Shown: piece after piece, positions 23,631 to 36,304 of the stretch
Layout of the letters: every line of letters starts with the position of its first letter
Position numbering within the stretch: the stretch's first letter is position 1
NCBI GenBank assembly: GCA_024137785.1
Contig: JAHRHZ010000035.1
Location: forward strand, 19,402,846 to 19,466,845
Length of the DNA stretch: 64,000 nucleotides
Direction of reading: 5' to 3'
Source: Ginglymostoma cirratum
Lineage: Eukaryota
Made by a program: the position numbers and the translations under genes
Notes under the pieces: generated by a model
What the model was told of the DNA's origin: nothing
The model's input: only the letters and a program-made list of their open reading frames with translations
The model's database searches: none

Positions 23631-24154
23631 TAAAGAATTCTGGCCCTTGAATGAGGAAAAACTGTATAGTTATTTCATAATGACCAGGCTCTTATAATTA
23701 TGTTGTTGCGCTTGGTGTGGGCATATTTGCCAAACCCTTGGGTGATTTCTTTGTTCTGTGTCTGAACATGCTTCCTTACAAAATCTCTGCTTTGTTGACA
23801 TATAACATTGAAATGTCTTTCAAAATATACTTGAGTATTTTGTCCCGGCATGATTGCCTTGGCAGTTGTTTGCATATTAACATGATAAATATCGTTAGGA
23901 GTGTAGACTGATTCCTTTCCCTACCCCATTCCTCTACAAACCACAACAAAATCTGAATATGAAGGGGAAGGTGCTATTGTCAGTTTGGACACATTAGACT
24001 GCATGTAGCTCAGGATCACAAACAAGTCATCTAGGTTCTCTTAGTTAACAAATAAAGAACAAGTTTAATACAAAAAGAAATCATTCATGCAAAGATTATT
24101 CACAGAATGATTAAAACATGCAAATACATCCAAATACCCTTCTTGATAAAAAAA

Positions 24155-24366
24155 ACACACACGCACGCACAAACATACACACACATACACGCATAACCAC
24201 ACACACACAAATACACACAAACAATATGCACACACATAATCACACCCACATATGCACGCACATAACCACTCCCACATGTACAGACAAACATACACACACA
24301 CACTTACATACACACAAATGCACAGACACACATGTACATAACACATACATGCACACATATACACAT
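24155..24366 (+). repeat. Degenerate (CA)n/(CATA)n microsatellite
   Basis: About 210 bp of alternating purine-pyrimidine CA-rich sequence. Confidence 0.95.
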
Positions 24367-24832
24367 AAAAGGTAGTAAATTACATAACAATGTATGATAG
24401 AGGAGAAGATTTAGGCCAGTCTGCCCTTTTACTTTGTTCCTACATTACTAAAATCCTGATTGATCTTCTATCTGAACTCCATTTCTGGCCCTGTCCCAAA
24501 ATCTCATTCGGAATTTGGGTCTGGTTATAATGACAACTGATGGTACTCCAAGATAAGTGACATCTCGGAGTGAAACTTTATTCGCAAGATTATACATTTT
24601 AGTTCTGCAGTTGGTTATAGTGGTGCCAGTCACTGAACATAATTGTATGAGGGTTCCAACGTTCTTATAACAAATGAACACATCTTTATTACACAAAAGA
24701 AAAGGTCAAAGTTATATGTATAAGACAATTTAGAAAACTCTTAGCAAAAACAGGAAAACAATTAAAAATTTTCACAGCAATATCCTCTACAGTCACACAA
24801 TGCCAATGATGCACAATTCTTACCTTAACTAG

Positions 24833-25170
24833 AGACAAGACAGCTTAGTGATAGTATCACTGGACTGTTACTCCAGAGATCCAGCTAATGTAATGGGGAC
24901 CCGGGTATATATCCTGTCAAGGCAGATGATAGGATCTGGAATTAAGAGTCTAATGATGACCATAAGTCTGCTGTTGATTTTTAGGAGAAATCCATCTTGT
25001 TCACTAATGTCCTTTAGAGAAAGAAAGTGCCGTCCTTACCTGGTCTTGCTTACATGTGACTCCAGATCCATAGCATTATGGTTGGCTCTTATCAGTCTGC
25101 TGAGCATTTAGGGATGGGCATTGAATGCTGGCCTAGCCAGCAAAGCCCTCCTCCTGTGCATGAATTAAAA
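24833..25170 (+). mobile_element. tRNA-derived SINE (38777 family)
   Basis: tagtgatagtatcactggactgtta.tccagaga head, ttcactaatgtccttta body, gggatgggcattgaatgctggcctagccag tail. Confidence 0.85.
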
Positions 25171-25724
25171 CAAAGCTCTTTAATTACTTACTGAAATGCC
25201 TCTTTCCAGCCCTTCTCCTTGGCCTGTTGAAGCAGCTTATGACTTCTTCCCAGCTTTGATGGTCTGGATTCTTCTTCCCAATTCTAACAGTCAAGGGATT
25301 TCTACCTACTTTCACAGCGATAACTCCGAGAAAGTAATAATCCCTTCACAGTATAGAGACTTCTATAAACACAAAAAACGCTGTACTTCTGTTCGAATAA
25401 CATCCTCTGAAAACGATCTACTCGTGAACCCTGATCATTTGTTTCCATATCATGAAACTCAACTTTGTAAATATTTAGCAATCAACTGCCCAGCTAAGTA
25501 AATGAGTCATTTAACTTAAGTCATGTGATTTCTTGCAAAAACTGTCTTTAGTCTGCTACCCAAAATTACTTTCTGATCTTTGTTAAAAAATGAGACTTTT
25601 ACAGCACCAAAAGCTGAAATCTGTTTTTCCTCCACTTTAACATCCAAGTTGCCAAATAACAACAATATCCTACAAATGAATGTCACAGAGATGGTCAGGG
25701 TATTAAATCGTACAAACTTACAAG

Positions 25725-26600
25725 ATAGGCAGGAAGTAACCCATTCGGTTTCTCAACCCTGTTCTGCCATTCAGTAATATCATGGCTGATCTGTTTGTGT
25801 TTAAAATTCCACCTTCACATCTACCCCAATCAATTTTGATTTACTTGCCTAACAAGAATCCATCTACCTCTGTCTTAGAATCACCAATGACCCCATTTCC
25901 ATTGCCTTCTGAGCGAGAGTGTCGCACAGCCTTCTGAGAGAGAACATTTCTCTTCATCTCTGTCTTAAATGGTCAACACTTAAATATTTTTTAAGTGTCT
26001 CTTGTTCTGAACTCACCCACAACAGTGAACAGCTAATCGACATTCACCATGGAAAGAGCATTCAGGAATTTATAAATTTAAACCCCTCAGTCTTCTAACT
26101 TCGGCTGAAAACAAGCACAGCCTGTCCAAACTATCCTCATAAGACAACCCCACATTCCAGGTATCAATTCAGTAAATGTCCTCTCAACTGCTTCCAATGT
26201 ATTTACTTCTTTGAACAAGGAGACCAAAGCTGCGCACAGTATTCAATTTATGATTTCACCAACGTTTAACTGAAGCATTGTGTCCTTGTATGGTCAATTC
26301 TCCTCATAATATAAAGGATTGCATCCCATTAGCCTCCTTGATTACTTGATATAACTGCACACTAACTTTTTGTGACCCATGCACTAGATCCCTCTGCACC
26401 TCAAGATTCAGCAGTTGTTCTCCATTAAGGTGACCCTCTGTTTTCTCATTCTTCTTGCCAAAGTGAATAAATTCACATTTTCCCACATTATGCCTATCTA
26501 TCAGATATTTGTTCACTTGCTCAACCTATCTATATCCTTCTGCAAACTGTTTATGTTTTATTTACAAGGCATTTTCCTACCTATCATTTAGATATGAAGC
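25725..26600 (-). mobile_element. Old CR1 3' fragment
   Basis: NVGKCEFIHFGKKNEK..LNGEQLLNLEVQRDL; tail tcatggctgatct. Confidence 0.8.
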
Positions 26601-26769
26601 GCAACATAATCTTAAATAATTTCAGTTCATCTGACTTAAAGCACATTTATTTTAACAGTTTCTTTTAGTCAAAGGAAAGCAGGCTCAATCACACGACCGC
26701 GATGTCACAATCTGTCATTTTGAATCCTTGAAAAGGTATAATTGTTCGTTTTGCAAAATTTAGTCCCTC

Positions 26770-27230
26770 AGGCTGACACTTCAGTGGATCACTGTCAGAA
26801 GCGCCTACTTTTATACTGAGCCTTGCCCATCTTTCCTCTCAGGTTGATGTTCTTCTCCAGGGCAATTGGAGACAATCAACATGTTGGTTTTATGTTGGCC
26901 ATTTGTGTATGATAATGTTGGCTTTTCTAACATCTCTCATATCCTGTGAAATAGTTTTTAAAGCACATAAAAGAAAGAAATCCCATGGCATTAATCAAGG
27001 AACAGCATGAGAGCTCTTCCAGTGTTCCCTGGTTGCCATATATTCCAGATTCAACATCATTGAAATAGAGTATCCATGTATAAAACCATTGCTATTTGCG
27101 GGACCCTTCTGTGCACAAATTGGATACTGCATTTCATACACTACAATGGAGACCATAATTCCAAAAATATTTTATTTTCTGTAAAACACCTTAGGCCCAA
27201 CCCAAGAATGGGAAAAGTACTTTGTAATCT
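26770..27230 (+). mobile_element. Deu-domain SINE (SacSINE1/AmnSINE-like), degraded and interrupted
   Basis: aaatcccatggcatt...cattgctatttgcgggacccttctgtgcacaaattgg, recognised from memory of the Deu domain. Confidence 0.55.
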
Positions 27231-29203
27231 CCCAGAGGAACTAAGAAGTAAGATCATTCTCTGTGTGAGATTTAATGTAGAATTAGGACCTTTGCCTTTT
27301 ATGGTCAAAACTGTCCCCAGTCTAATCCACTAAGACTGAACACAAACCCATGATTGAGATTATCAGATGTGTTCACATTTCAGGAGCAGGGAGAATATTA
27401 ACCTCTACTTACCTGGATGGCAGCTAATCAGAGTCAAAACCATTGGCTTTCAGGTTCAAGCAGTCTGTTTTCCATGCTGTAATATTCGATAATGCTTGAC
27501 AGGTCTCTTGTTTTTTAGACTGAAACAAATGGGATAATCTGTAAGAAATGACCAATGAAATTGGTTTATAAGAGAACACAAAAATATTTTACAAGGCAGT
27601 TTTAAATAAAGCTATGAATGTTTGGTATTTGCAGCTGGAACTACATAGCAGGTTTGTCAATGACTATAAAACCACCAATCCAGAAGTACTGGGTTGAAAT
27701 CGATCTTTCGTGAGGTGTTTAATTAAATTTAAGTTGCTGTATGTTTTTCTGGCAATAGATGAAAATAATGACCCATGGAAGACTACTATCAAAACCCAAC
27801 AGATTGATAAAGTTTCTTCAAGGAACGGAACCTGACACCGTAGCTGCTCTTATTTCATCGTGGATCTTGTTCCAAACCACATACTTGATTCATAATGCAC
27901 TTTGATGTTCTAAACAAAAATCACTAAGAAGGTGTATCAGCACCACCTTAGGCTACTAGAGATGAATGGTAACTGACAGGAATCTGCCACATTCCAGAAG
28001 AGAAATATTTTTAAAGTCTCAGAGAAAATACAAGTGAATATTTCAGGTAGTATTTCTTCACTCGTTAGGAATGTGATCGTTATCCAGAATGCTAACCTAA
28101 GTTTTCTTTCACAAATCATGACAGAAATGCTAGCATTTCTTTTTGAATGTTCAAGTAGTTCCTCTTTGCGAAAGACACAGCAAGAGGATTTGTGTTCTCA
28201 GGGGAATGCTGCAAAAGCCAATTCCCTGGTACCAAGAGTGGTTCCATTGTAATGGGGTGGGGGGCAGGGTGGCTGGTGCGATGGTGCAGGAGGCAGTGAT
28301 TTAGATTCTTGAGGCATTGGGACCAATTCCATGGAAGATGGGATTTGTCCAGGCTGGGAAGTTGTACTCCAGCAGGACTGGGACTAATGTCTTCACAGGG
28401 CATTCGCTAGTAAAATGGGAGAGGCTTTAAACTGGAATGGCAGCAGTCATGAATCTGAGAAGAGAGATAAAATATTATGGAAATGAAGATGAAAATGATA
28501 TTTAAAAGAAGTAGCAAGCAAAAGTGGAAGACAGAGGAAAAAAGACCTAGCTGCAAATAGGGCTGGAGTACAAAAATACCTCTAAAATGTCAAAAGACAG
28601 GTCTGATGATATTATATCTGAATGCATGCAACACTCGCTATAAGATAAACAAATTAAACAATTAAGATAAACAAGATAAACAAATTGCAAATTGTTGTAA
28701 AGGGTACAATATGATCACGATGATGGAGACAAGGCTGTGAGGTGACTAAGGCTCGGAGCTGAACATCTGATGGTGTTCATTTCTTTAGGAAGGACAGGTA
28801 AAACAGTAAGGAAATGCAACAGTGAGAAAGGATATTGGTGGAGAAATAGAATGGAAAATAGAATGCCAAATAATGGTGAGATGAGTGATAGCATTAAACA
28901 AGAAATTTGATATGCATGCAACCAGGGTGCTACACTAGTCATGAGTGATTTTAATCCCCATTGAGACTAGGCAAACAACATTTGCAATAACATTGTGGCA
29001 GGTGAATTCCTGGGTGTGTACAAGATGGAGTTTTGGATCAGTACATTAAGGAACTAGCTTGGGGCAAGCTGTCCTAGATTTGATTTCGTGCATGGAAATG
29101 GAGTTAATTAATAGCCTTGTTGTGAAAGATCCTTTAGGAAAAAGAGACCATAGCATGATAGAATTCTTCACTGGAGTAGAAAGCGAAGTAGTCAAATCTG
29201 AAA

Positions 29204-29422
29204 GAACACAGTATGGAGCTGGAGGAACGCAGCAGGCCAGGCAGCATTAGAGGAGCAGGAAAGTTGATGTTGGGGTCAGGAGCCTTCTTCATTTTCTGAA
29301 GAAGGGTCCTGACCCAAAACGTCAACTTTCCTGCTCCTCTGATGCTACCTGGCTTGCTGTGTTCCTCTAGCTCCCACACTGTGTTGTCTCTGGCTCCAGC
29401 ATTTGCAGTTCTTGCTATCTCA
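29204..29422. mobile_element. Palindromic Penelope-derived element
   Basis: Exact 14-bp TSD agtcaaatctgaaa at 29190-29203 and 29423-29436; inverted arms meet near 29292; plus-strand core CTGAAGAAGGGTCCTGACCCAAAACGTC. Confidence 0.9.
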
Positions 29423-29889
29423 AGTCAAATCTGAAACTAGGGTCCTAAACCTAATTTAAGGAAACTATGAAGGTATGAGGGGTCAGTTGGCTACAATAGG
29501 CTGATAACTTCATTAAAAGACATGACAGTGGATATGCAGGCAACAAGTGACTGCTTTGCAACAGTTATCTTTGGATGAAAGAACACAGCAGAAAAGGTGG
29601 CCCGACCATGGCTAACATCCAAAGAGAAGTAACATAAAGTTGCTACAAAAGCTAGCAAGCCTGAGGACTGAGCACAGATTAAAATTTGGCAAAGGAAGAC
29701 CAAGTGGTTGATTAAGAAGGGAGAAAATAGAGCATGGGAGTAAACTTGCAAAGAAAATAAAAGCAGTCTGTGAAAGCTTATTTTAGCACGTAAAAATAAA
29801 AAGATTAGTGACAACAAATGTAGTGCTGTTACAATCTGAAATGGGAGAATTGGTAATACAGAACAAGAAACTGACAGAACAATTGTACA

Positions 29890-30581
29890 GAGATAGCAGG
29901 AACTGCAGATGCTGAAGAATCTGAGATAACAAGGTATAGAGATGGATGAACACAGCAGGCCAAGCAGCATCAGAGGAGCAGGAAAGCTGACGTTTCGGGC
30001 CAAGAACCTTCTTCAGAAAATGACCCTTCAGAGCTTGGTCTGCTGTGTTCATCCAGCTTGACATCTTGTGATCAAACATTTTACTTGCTCTGTGTTTGGG
30101 AAGGGATTCACTCGGCCCTCNNNNNNNNNNNNNNNNNNNNNNNNNNNNNNNNNNNNNNNNNNNNNNNNNNNNNNNNNNNNNNNNNNNNNNNNNNNNNNNN
30201 NNNNNNNNNNNNNNNNNNNNNNNNNNNNNNNNNNNNNNNNNNNNNNNNNNNNNNNNNNNNNNNNNNNNNNNNNNNNNNNNNNNNNNNNNNNNNNNNNNNN
30301 NNNNNNNNNNNNNNNNNNNNNNNNNNNNNNNNNNNNNNNNNNNNNNNNNNNNNNNNNNNNNNNNNNNNNNNNNNNNNNNNNNNNNNNNNNNNNNNNNNNN
30401 NNNNNNNNNNNNNNNNNNNNNNNNNNNNNNNNNNNNNNNNNNNNNNNNNNNNNNNNNNNNNNNNNNNNNNNNNNNNNNNNNNNNNNNNNNNNNNNNNNNN
30501 NNNNNNNNNNNNNNNNNNNNTTCCTGCTCCTCTGATGCTGCTTGGCCTGCTGTGTTCATCCAGCTCCACACCTTTTATCTT
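29890..30581. mobile_element. Penelope-derived element with inverted arms spanning a gap
   Basis: Exact 14-bp TSD agaacaattgtaca at 29876-29889 and 30582-30595; minus-strand core CTGAAGAAGGTTCTTGGCCCGAAACGTC at ~29988-30016. Confidence 0.85.
30121..30520. other. Assembly gap (400 N)
   Basis: Run of n. Confidence 1.
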
Positions 30582-30629
30582 AGAACAATTGTACATCTAT
30601 TTTTGTTTCGTCTTCATAAAAGATGACAC

Positions 30630-31205
30630 AAAACTGGTGAGGTCACTTTTAGAATACTGTATACAATTGTGATTGTCCTTCTATAAGAAGGATATTGTTA
30701 AACTTGAGAGATTGCAGAAAAGATTTACAAAGAAGTTGCTGGGGTTGGAAGGTTTGAGTTATAAGGAGAGGCTGAATAGCCTGGGGCTTTTTTTCCCTGG
30801 AGCATTGAAAGTTCAGAGGTGACCTTATAGAGGCTTATAAAATCATGAGGGGCACGGATAAGGTGATTATTTTTTTCCTAGCTCTTTTTCCTAGGGTGGG
30901 AGAGTCCAGAACTAGAGCACATAGGTTTAAGGTGAGAGGGGAAAGATTTAAAAAGGACCTCAGGGGTAGTGTTTTCATACAGAGGGTGGTGTGTATGTGG
31001 AATGAGCTGCCAGAGGAAGTGTTGGAGGTGGGTACAATTACAATGTTTAAAAGACATCTGGATGGATACATGAATAGGAAGGGTTTAGAGGGATATGGGC
31101 CAAATGCTGGCAATAGGACTAGGTCAGATTGGGATGTCTGGTCAGCGTGAAAGAGTTGAACCAGAGGGTCTGTTTCTGGGCTGAATGACTCTATAAGTCT
31201 ATGAC
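30630..31205 (+). mobile_element. Younger CR1 3' fragment nested in the old CR1
   Basis: LVRSLLEYCIQL and LFPRVGESRTRAHRFKVRGERFKKDLRGSVFIQRVVCMWNELPEEV; tail gactctataagtctatgac. Confidence 0.92.
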
Positions 31206-33209
31206 AAGGGTTTTGGGGAAGGAGCTATTGAAGGAAATTAGTATTGGTAAAAAATGGTGCTGGAAAAATTGTAATGGTAATTAAAGTTGATTAGTCTCCA
31301 AGGCCTGCTAATCTACATCCCAATGATGTGGGAATGGTATTGGTTGTTATCTTCTGAAATTCTTAGATTCTGGAACATTCTTGCTGATAGGAGGGATGAA
31401 GAAAAGTAAAGAATTTCAGACTGGTTAGCCTAAAATCAGGAGCTGGGAGAATCCTGGAGCTTATTGCAAAAGATATGATAACAGGACAGTTAAAAACTTC
31501 CAACAGTATTACACAAAGTCAACGTGGATTTATGAAAGGAAAATCATGCCTGGCAAAGCTATGGGTGTTTTTTGAGGACATAACCAGTAAAACAAGGAAA
31601 ACCAGTGGATGTGGTGCTATTGGACTATCAGAAAACTTTTGAAAAAGCCCCACGTAAGAAATAATTCTGCCAAACCAAAGCCCTTGAAATCTGTGGTAAT
31701 ATATTGACATGGATTGAGAATTAGTTGTCAGATGGGAAACTGAGAGTAGGAATGAATGGACTGATGGAGAATGATTTAAATGGTGATAATTTGGGAAATG
31801 TTGAAGTGCAAATGGATATGGGTGCAACATTCATTCTAGTTTTGTTTAATACTGCACAGACAACTGAGGTCCGTGCACAGCAGCGACATTCAGAATCAGA
31901 GGAATGTTGCCTCCCGCCAATCATACTGTGTGGAATGTCAGAGTGACCACACGCACAGCCACACAGCTTAGATGGAATGTTGCCTGGATGTCCTCTTACA
32001 CCAGTCACTGAAAGCAAATGTGCAGGTACAGCAAAATATTAGGAATGCACATGGTATACTGGTCTTCATTGCAAGAATTTTTGAGTTAAGATGCAAGGGA
32101 ATTTTACTCCAGTTGTAAAGGGCCTTGGTGAGATCACACCTGGAGTACTGTGCGCAGTTTTAGTCTCCTCACCAAAGAAAATATGTATTTGCCAAAGAAC
32201 GAGCGCAGTGAAGATTCACCAGATTGATTCCTGGGAATGTCAGGCTTGTCATCAGAGATTGGATGAATTAGGCTTGTATTCACTGGAGTTCAGGAGAATG
32301 AGATGGATTTCATTGTAATATAAAATTCTAACAGGGCTAGACAGGCTGAATGTGGGAATGATGTTTCCTCTAACCTTGGGGGGTGCAGCTAGAACAAGGG
32401 GTCACAGTTTCAGGATACACTGTGGGCCCATTTGTACTATGACGAGGAGAAATTTCTTCAAGCCTACAGTGTTGAACCTGTGGAATTCTTTATCTGTGAA
32501 GGCTGTAGATGCAAAGCCACTGAATATTTAAGAAAAACATAGGTTTCTCAAAGAAAGAAGTGTTATAGAGTTTGGAGAGAGAGTGACTTTTGGCATTGAG
32601 ATAGATGATCAGCCATGGTCATGTTGAATGGCAGAGTGAACTCAAAGGGCCAAATAGCCTCCTGTTGCTCCTATTTTCTATGTTTCTGTGGCCTAACTTG
32701 CTCAACATTTTAAACATTTTCTATTCCTTTTTTAGCCAAGCAGATTATTTGTTCCATTGCAGTTTGTGGTCCTTGCTCTGTGCAAATATGCTGTCATGTT
32801 TCCCAACATTATCGCAGTCTCTACTATGTAAATTAGTGTGTAAATGCAAATTATTTTGTTTACTCTTCTTTCTGATTTACATACAGTTTAATTAACATCA
32901 CCTGCAGGTATGGAGTCCACTTCTGCATTTACACTAATGGTATCCAGAACTGTATATTCACCATTTACTATGCCCTTTCTTGAGCCTCTGTGTCAGATTA
33001 CTTTAAGCTCTGAATGAGGCATGACTCTCTTCAACTGAACATCAAGAAGTTTCAGGGTATCGTGTGACGTACAAGTAATAAATCACCTTCTTCATACCTG
33101 CCTCGTCAATTTTTGTCATTTTCTTTTCTCATCAGGAATGCTATAGTTCTCTCCTCAATAATTCACTTCAAAAGATTTCAGTGGAGCCCTTTTGCATTAT
33201 TCTGTTATA

Positions 33210-33560
33210 CCTTGCATCCTCAAAGCATTTCAGAAGAGGTCAAACATCTCCACCAACTGATGGTAGCCCTGTCATGTGACCAACCCAAATGGAGAAGGTT
33301 CATCAGTGAAAGTACCAACCACATTGACAGATCATTAGGAAATTCAGAGGTGAGGTCAGGCATCAGAGGCAGTATGCAGAAGACCAAAAAAACCCACCTA
33401 CCCAATTCTTCAAACACTACCTGGCCCGTATGGGGCAAAGTCTGCCAATTGCAAATTGGACTAATCAGCCAGGTCAGAGGCTTTGAAAGCAGAATGGACA
33501 TATGTCTTCCTGAATCCTGCGGAATTGCCTGCGACTTGCGTGAAATAGTTTGGCCAGACT
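33210..33560 (+). mobile_element. RTE-clade LINE 3' end
   Basis: DQPKWRRFISE...WPVWGKVCQLQIGLISQVR resembles a decayed RTE C-terminal CxxC..SRIGLISH zinc finger. Confidence 0.65.
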
Positions 33561-34079
33561 TCTCTTACTCTTAACTCCCTAAGGCAACTAAGACAGTAAA
33601 ATATTTTCAATTGATGCATTGCGCTAAAACCTGGTAAGAATGTACCTCAGACAACAATAGAAAAGGCGTCTGTTAATCCCTGGCAGCGTTACTAAATCAG
33701 CTCTAAAGGGAGGTAGGATATAACTTGCATTAACAGCCAGGATAGTTAATTGATTTCTCTCCTTTCCCTTGAGCTTCTTTTTATTTACTATATCCATTGC
33801 CGTTCACATTACCAGATGTGTTGTCCTTAAAAGCAGTAGCTTGCATCAAGATAACATCAGCACTGCAATTTTTTAACTGTCCTGGAATATTAACTTGTTT
33901 ACTTTCTCAACCAGTGTAGACTGACCTGAAGGTTGTTTTGCACATTTCTCTCTCTGAATATTTTGAGCCTGTTTATTTGAATTTTATTGTGGTTCTTGAC
34001 ATCTTTATTCTTTTAATAGTTTTACCTCCACTGAAATTAGGAGGTGCTTTGCTTATGTTTTCAAGAATGTCTCAGCTCC

Positions 34080-34400
34080 AGGAATGCAGAAAGAATGTTC
34101 GTGATGATCAGGGAGCACAAGCTGAGGGTTCACAGTCTAAGGAGGTAGGCAATTTAGGGCCAAAATCAGGAGAAATTTCCTCACCCAGAGAATGGTTAGC
34201 CTATGGTAATTTCTGACATAGAAAGTAGTTGAGGCCAAAACTTTGAAACTTTTCAAGAAGGAGTTAAATATAGTACTTAGGAACAAAGGGATCAAAGAGT
34301 GTAGGGAGAAAGCAGGAACAGGCTACTGAGTTGAAGGATCAACCATGAATAGGTTGAGTGTGAGACCTGAATGGTCTACGCCTGCTCCTTTGTTTCCAGT
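34080..34400 (+). mobile_element. Old CR1 3' end
   Basis: aggagaaatttcctcacccagagaatggttagcc...ttcaagaaggagttaaata...gatcaaccatga. Confidence 0.7.
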
Positions 34401-34501
34401 AGCTTTCATTATTGCTTCCTACTAAGTGAAACTCACCACCATTGAGATGATTAGCACAGAAGCATTTAAGGGTTAGCATGAGGAGGAAACAAATTGAATG
34501 T

Positions 34502-34935
34502 ATAAAAACAGAAAATGAGGGAAATACTCAATAAGTCAGGCAGCAACTGTGGTCAGAGGAACAGAATTAACATTTCAGATCAATGATCTTTCATCAGTAC
34601 TGGAAAATGTTCCAGTTTTTAAGCAAGTACAGAGGCAGGAAAATATGGGGATAGGGAGAAAGGATAAAACGGAATGTAGAATCAAAGGCAGGAATGATTG
34701 AATGATGAAAGGGATGATATTGTCAGGGAAGGCACAAACAAGGAAGTGGGAGGCAGCTCTTGAGGAGGTGAAAATGGCTCCAAAAATATGCAAGTATTGG
34801 TTATTATTTGAAATTGTTGGACTCAATACTGAGTTGGAAATGGCTGCAATATGCTTCATCAAAATATGAGATGTTGCTCCTTGAGCTTCCGCTGAGCTGG
34901 TTAGAAAAGAGTGGGAGGCTGAGGACAGAGAGATC
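34502..34935 (-). mobile_element. Penelope 3' end: GIY-YIG C-terminus, 3' UTR, hammerhead motif and terminal arm
   Basis: Reverse strand encodes AQRKLKEQHLIF...LQP..LSIESNNF (Penelope RKLEEQHLIF..LQP.GLNIEFNNF), followed by CTGATGAAAGATCATTGATCTGAAATGTT. Confidence 0.8.
34565..34600 (-). ncRNA. Minimal hammerhead motif (older subfamily)
   Basis: CUGAUGA-A-AGAUC-AUU-GAUCU-GAAA-UG-UU; perfect 5-bp stem II whose sequence differs from the other copies. Confidence 0.5.
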
Positions 34936-35095
34936 AGCGTGTTAGAACTTATTCCCACATTTAACTCATTCTCCTTTAACCTGTCTCATTTTCAATTAGA
35001 ATTAAGAGTCTTAAAGTTGAAGCAATCTTAAATGTTTCCATGTAACTGTTTGTAAATGGAGAAAACACAGACACAGCAAAACAGTTTTACAGCTA

Positions 35096-35445
35096 GGGCA
35101 GCACAGTGGCTCAGTGGTTAATGCTGCTGCCTCACAGCACCAGGGACCTAGGTTTGGTTCCACCCTCAGGTGACTGCATGTGTGAAGTTTGCAAGTTCTC
35201 CCTGTGTCTGCGTCGGTTTCCTCTGGGTCCCCAGTTTCCTCCCATGGTCCAAAGTTGTGCAGGTTAGGTGGATTGGGCATGCTACATTGCCCATAGTGTG
35301 CAGGCTAGGTGGATTAACCATGGGAAATGCAGGCTTACAGGGATAGGGTGGGGGGTGAGTCTGGGTTGGATACTCTTCAAGGGTCGGTGTGGACTCGATG
35401 GGCTGAATGGCCTGCTTTCACACTGTAGGGGTTCTATGAACTATA
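35096..35445 (+). mobile_element. HE1 (V-SINE), near full length
   Basis: gggcagcacagtggctcagtggtta head, V-domain-like gttctccctgtgtctgcgt.ggtttcc, CR1-derived tail. Confidence 0.92.
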
Positions 35446-35559
35446 AATACCCCTGACCAGTACAGACTGTTTCCCACACCATTAAAACATTTTTTAGAAA
35501 CAGTTCAGTTTTCATTGCGTAGTAATCTGACCATTTCTCTGTCTAAATTTTCTTGAAAT

Positions 35560-35950
35560 GTGAACAGGAATAGACCAAGCTGCCCTTGAGCTTCTTTCTG
35601 ATATTTGACATGATCATGGTGACATTTTCCTCAACTCAATCTTTCTGCTCACTCCAATACCTCTGAATTCTCTGAGTGACCAAAAATTTAGTCAATGATG
35701 AAGCATCAAAAACTCACTGGGTTGTAGGGAATTGTAAAACTTCATTTAGTCTCAGTCCCAAATCACTGAGCCTTTATCTCGTGACTAATCCCACGTTCTA
35801 GATTCCCCAGAAAGGAGAAACACCTTTCAGTGTCTACGCTGGCCAGTTCCCCTAGAATCTTGCATGGTTCAGTGAGATCAACTGTTATTCTCCTAAACCC
35901 TTTACTCAGTTTCCTCATCATGGGACAACAATAGATTGCCAACAATCTGC
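35560..35950 (-). mobile_element. Old CR1 3' fragment
   Basis: FRRITVDLTEPCKILGELASVDTERCF. Confidence 0.6.
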
Positions 35951-36304
35951 TGCTAAAGAGGCTGAGATTTCATTTGATTCAAAGACTGTCTGCTTTGACA
36001 CAGCACTTCTTTAGGTTTAATTTCTTTAATTAGTTACACCGTACACTTATTGACGTCTGCTTTAGTGAAACACATCTATATACTACAGCATATTGATTAT
36101 TTCTCTGAAATAGAACAAACCTCAAAGGAATTAAAATGCACAATGCCCCAAGGGAAGAAATAAGTAGGGGAATAATTGTAAGGATTGGCTTGTGAATACA
36201 AGGAAAGAAAATAAGCTAAGAAAACAATTTTACCTGAAACATTCCTCTCTGGTCTCTTAGGTGGGAAAAAACAAAACAAATTCTGTTCTTTTTTTCCCAA
36301 TTAT

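Larger units (their letters stand above)
28180..32687 (+). mobile_element. Long decayed CR1 (ORF1 esterase C-terminus, endonuclease, RT, tail) with nested insertions
   Basis: ORF1-like WLVRWCRRQ*FRFLRHWDQFHGRWDL; endonuclease-like ILYLNACNTRYK, VMSDFN, AVLDLISC, RDHSMIEF; RT-like QRGFMKGKSCLAKL; tail gatcagccatggtcatgttgaatggcaga...ctcctattttctatg. Confidence 0.85.

Noticed and set aside
24065-24375. Cys/Val-rich and His/Thr-rich ORFs
   Set aside because: Translations of the CA microsatellite.
24523-25687. Possible further LTR hosting the 24833 SINE
   Set aside because: Left end reads GG rather than TG and there is no TSD; not supportable.
29783-30672. Long ORFs across the gap (also at 21706-22317 and 58756-59672)
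   Set aside because: Open only because N codons contain no stops.
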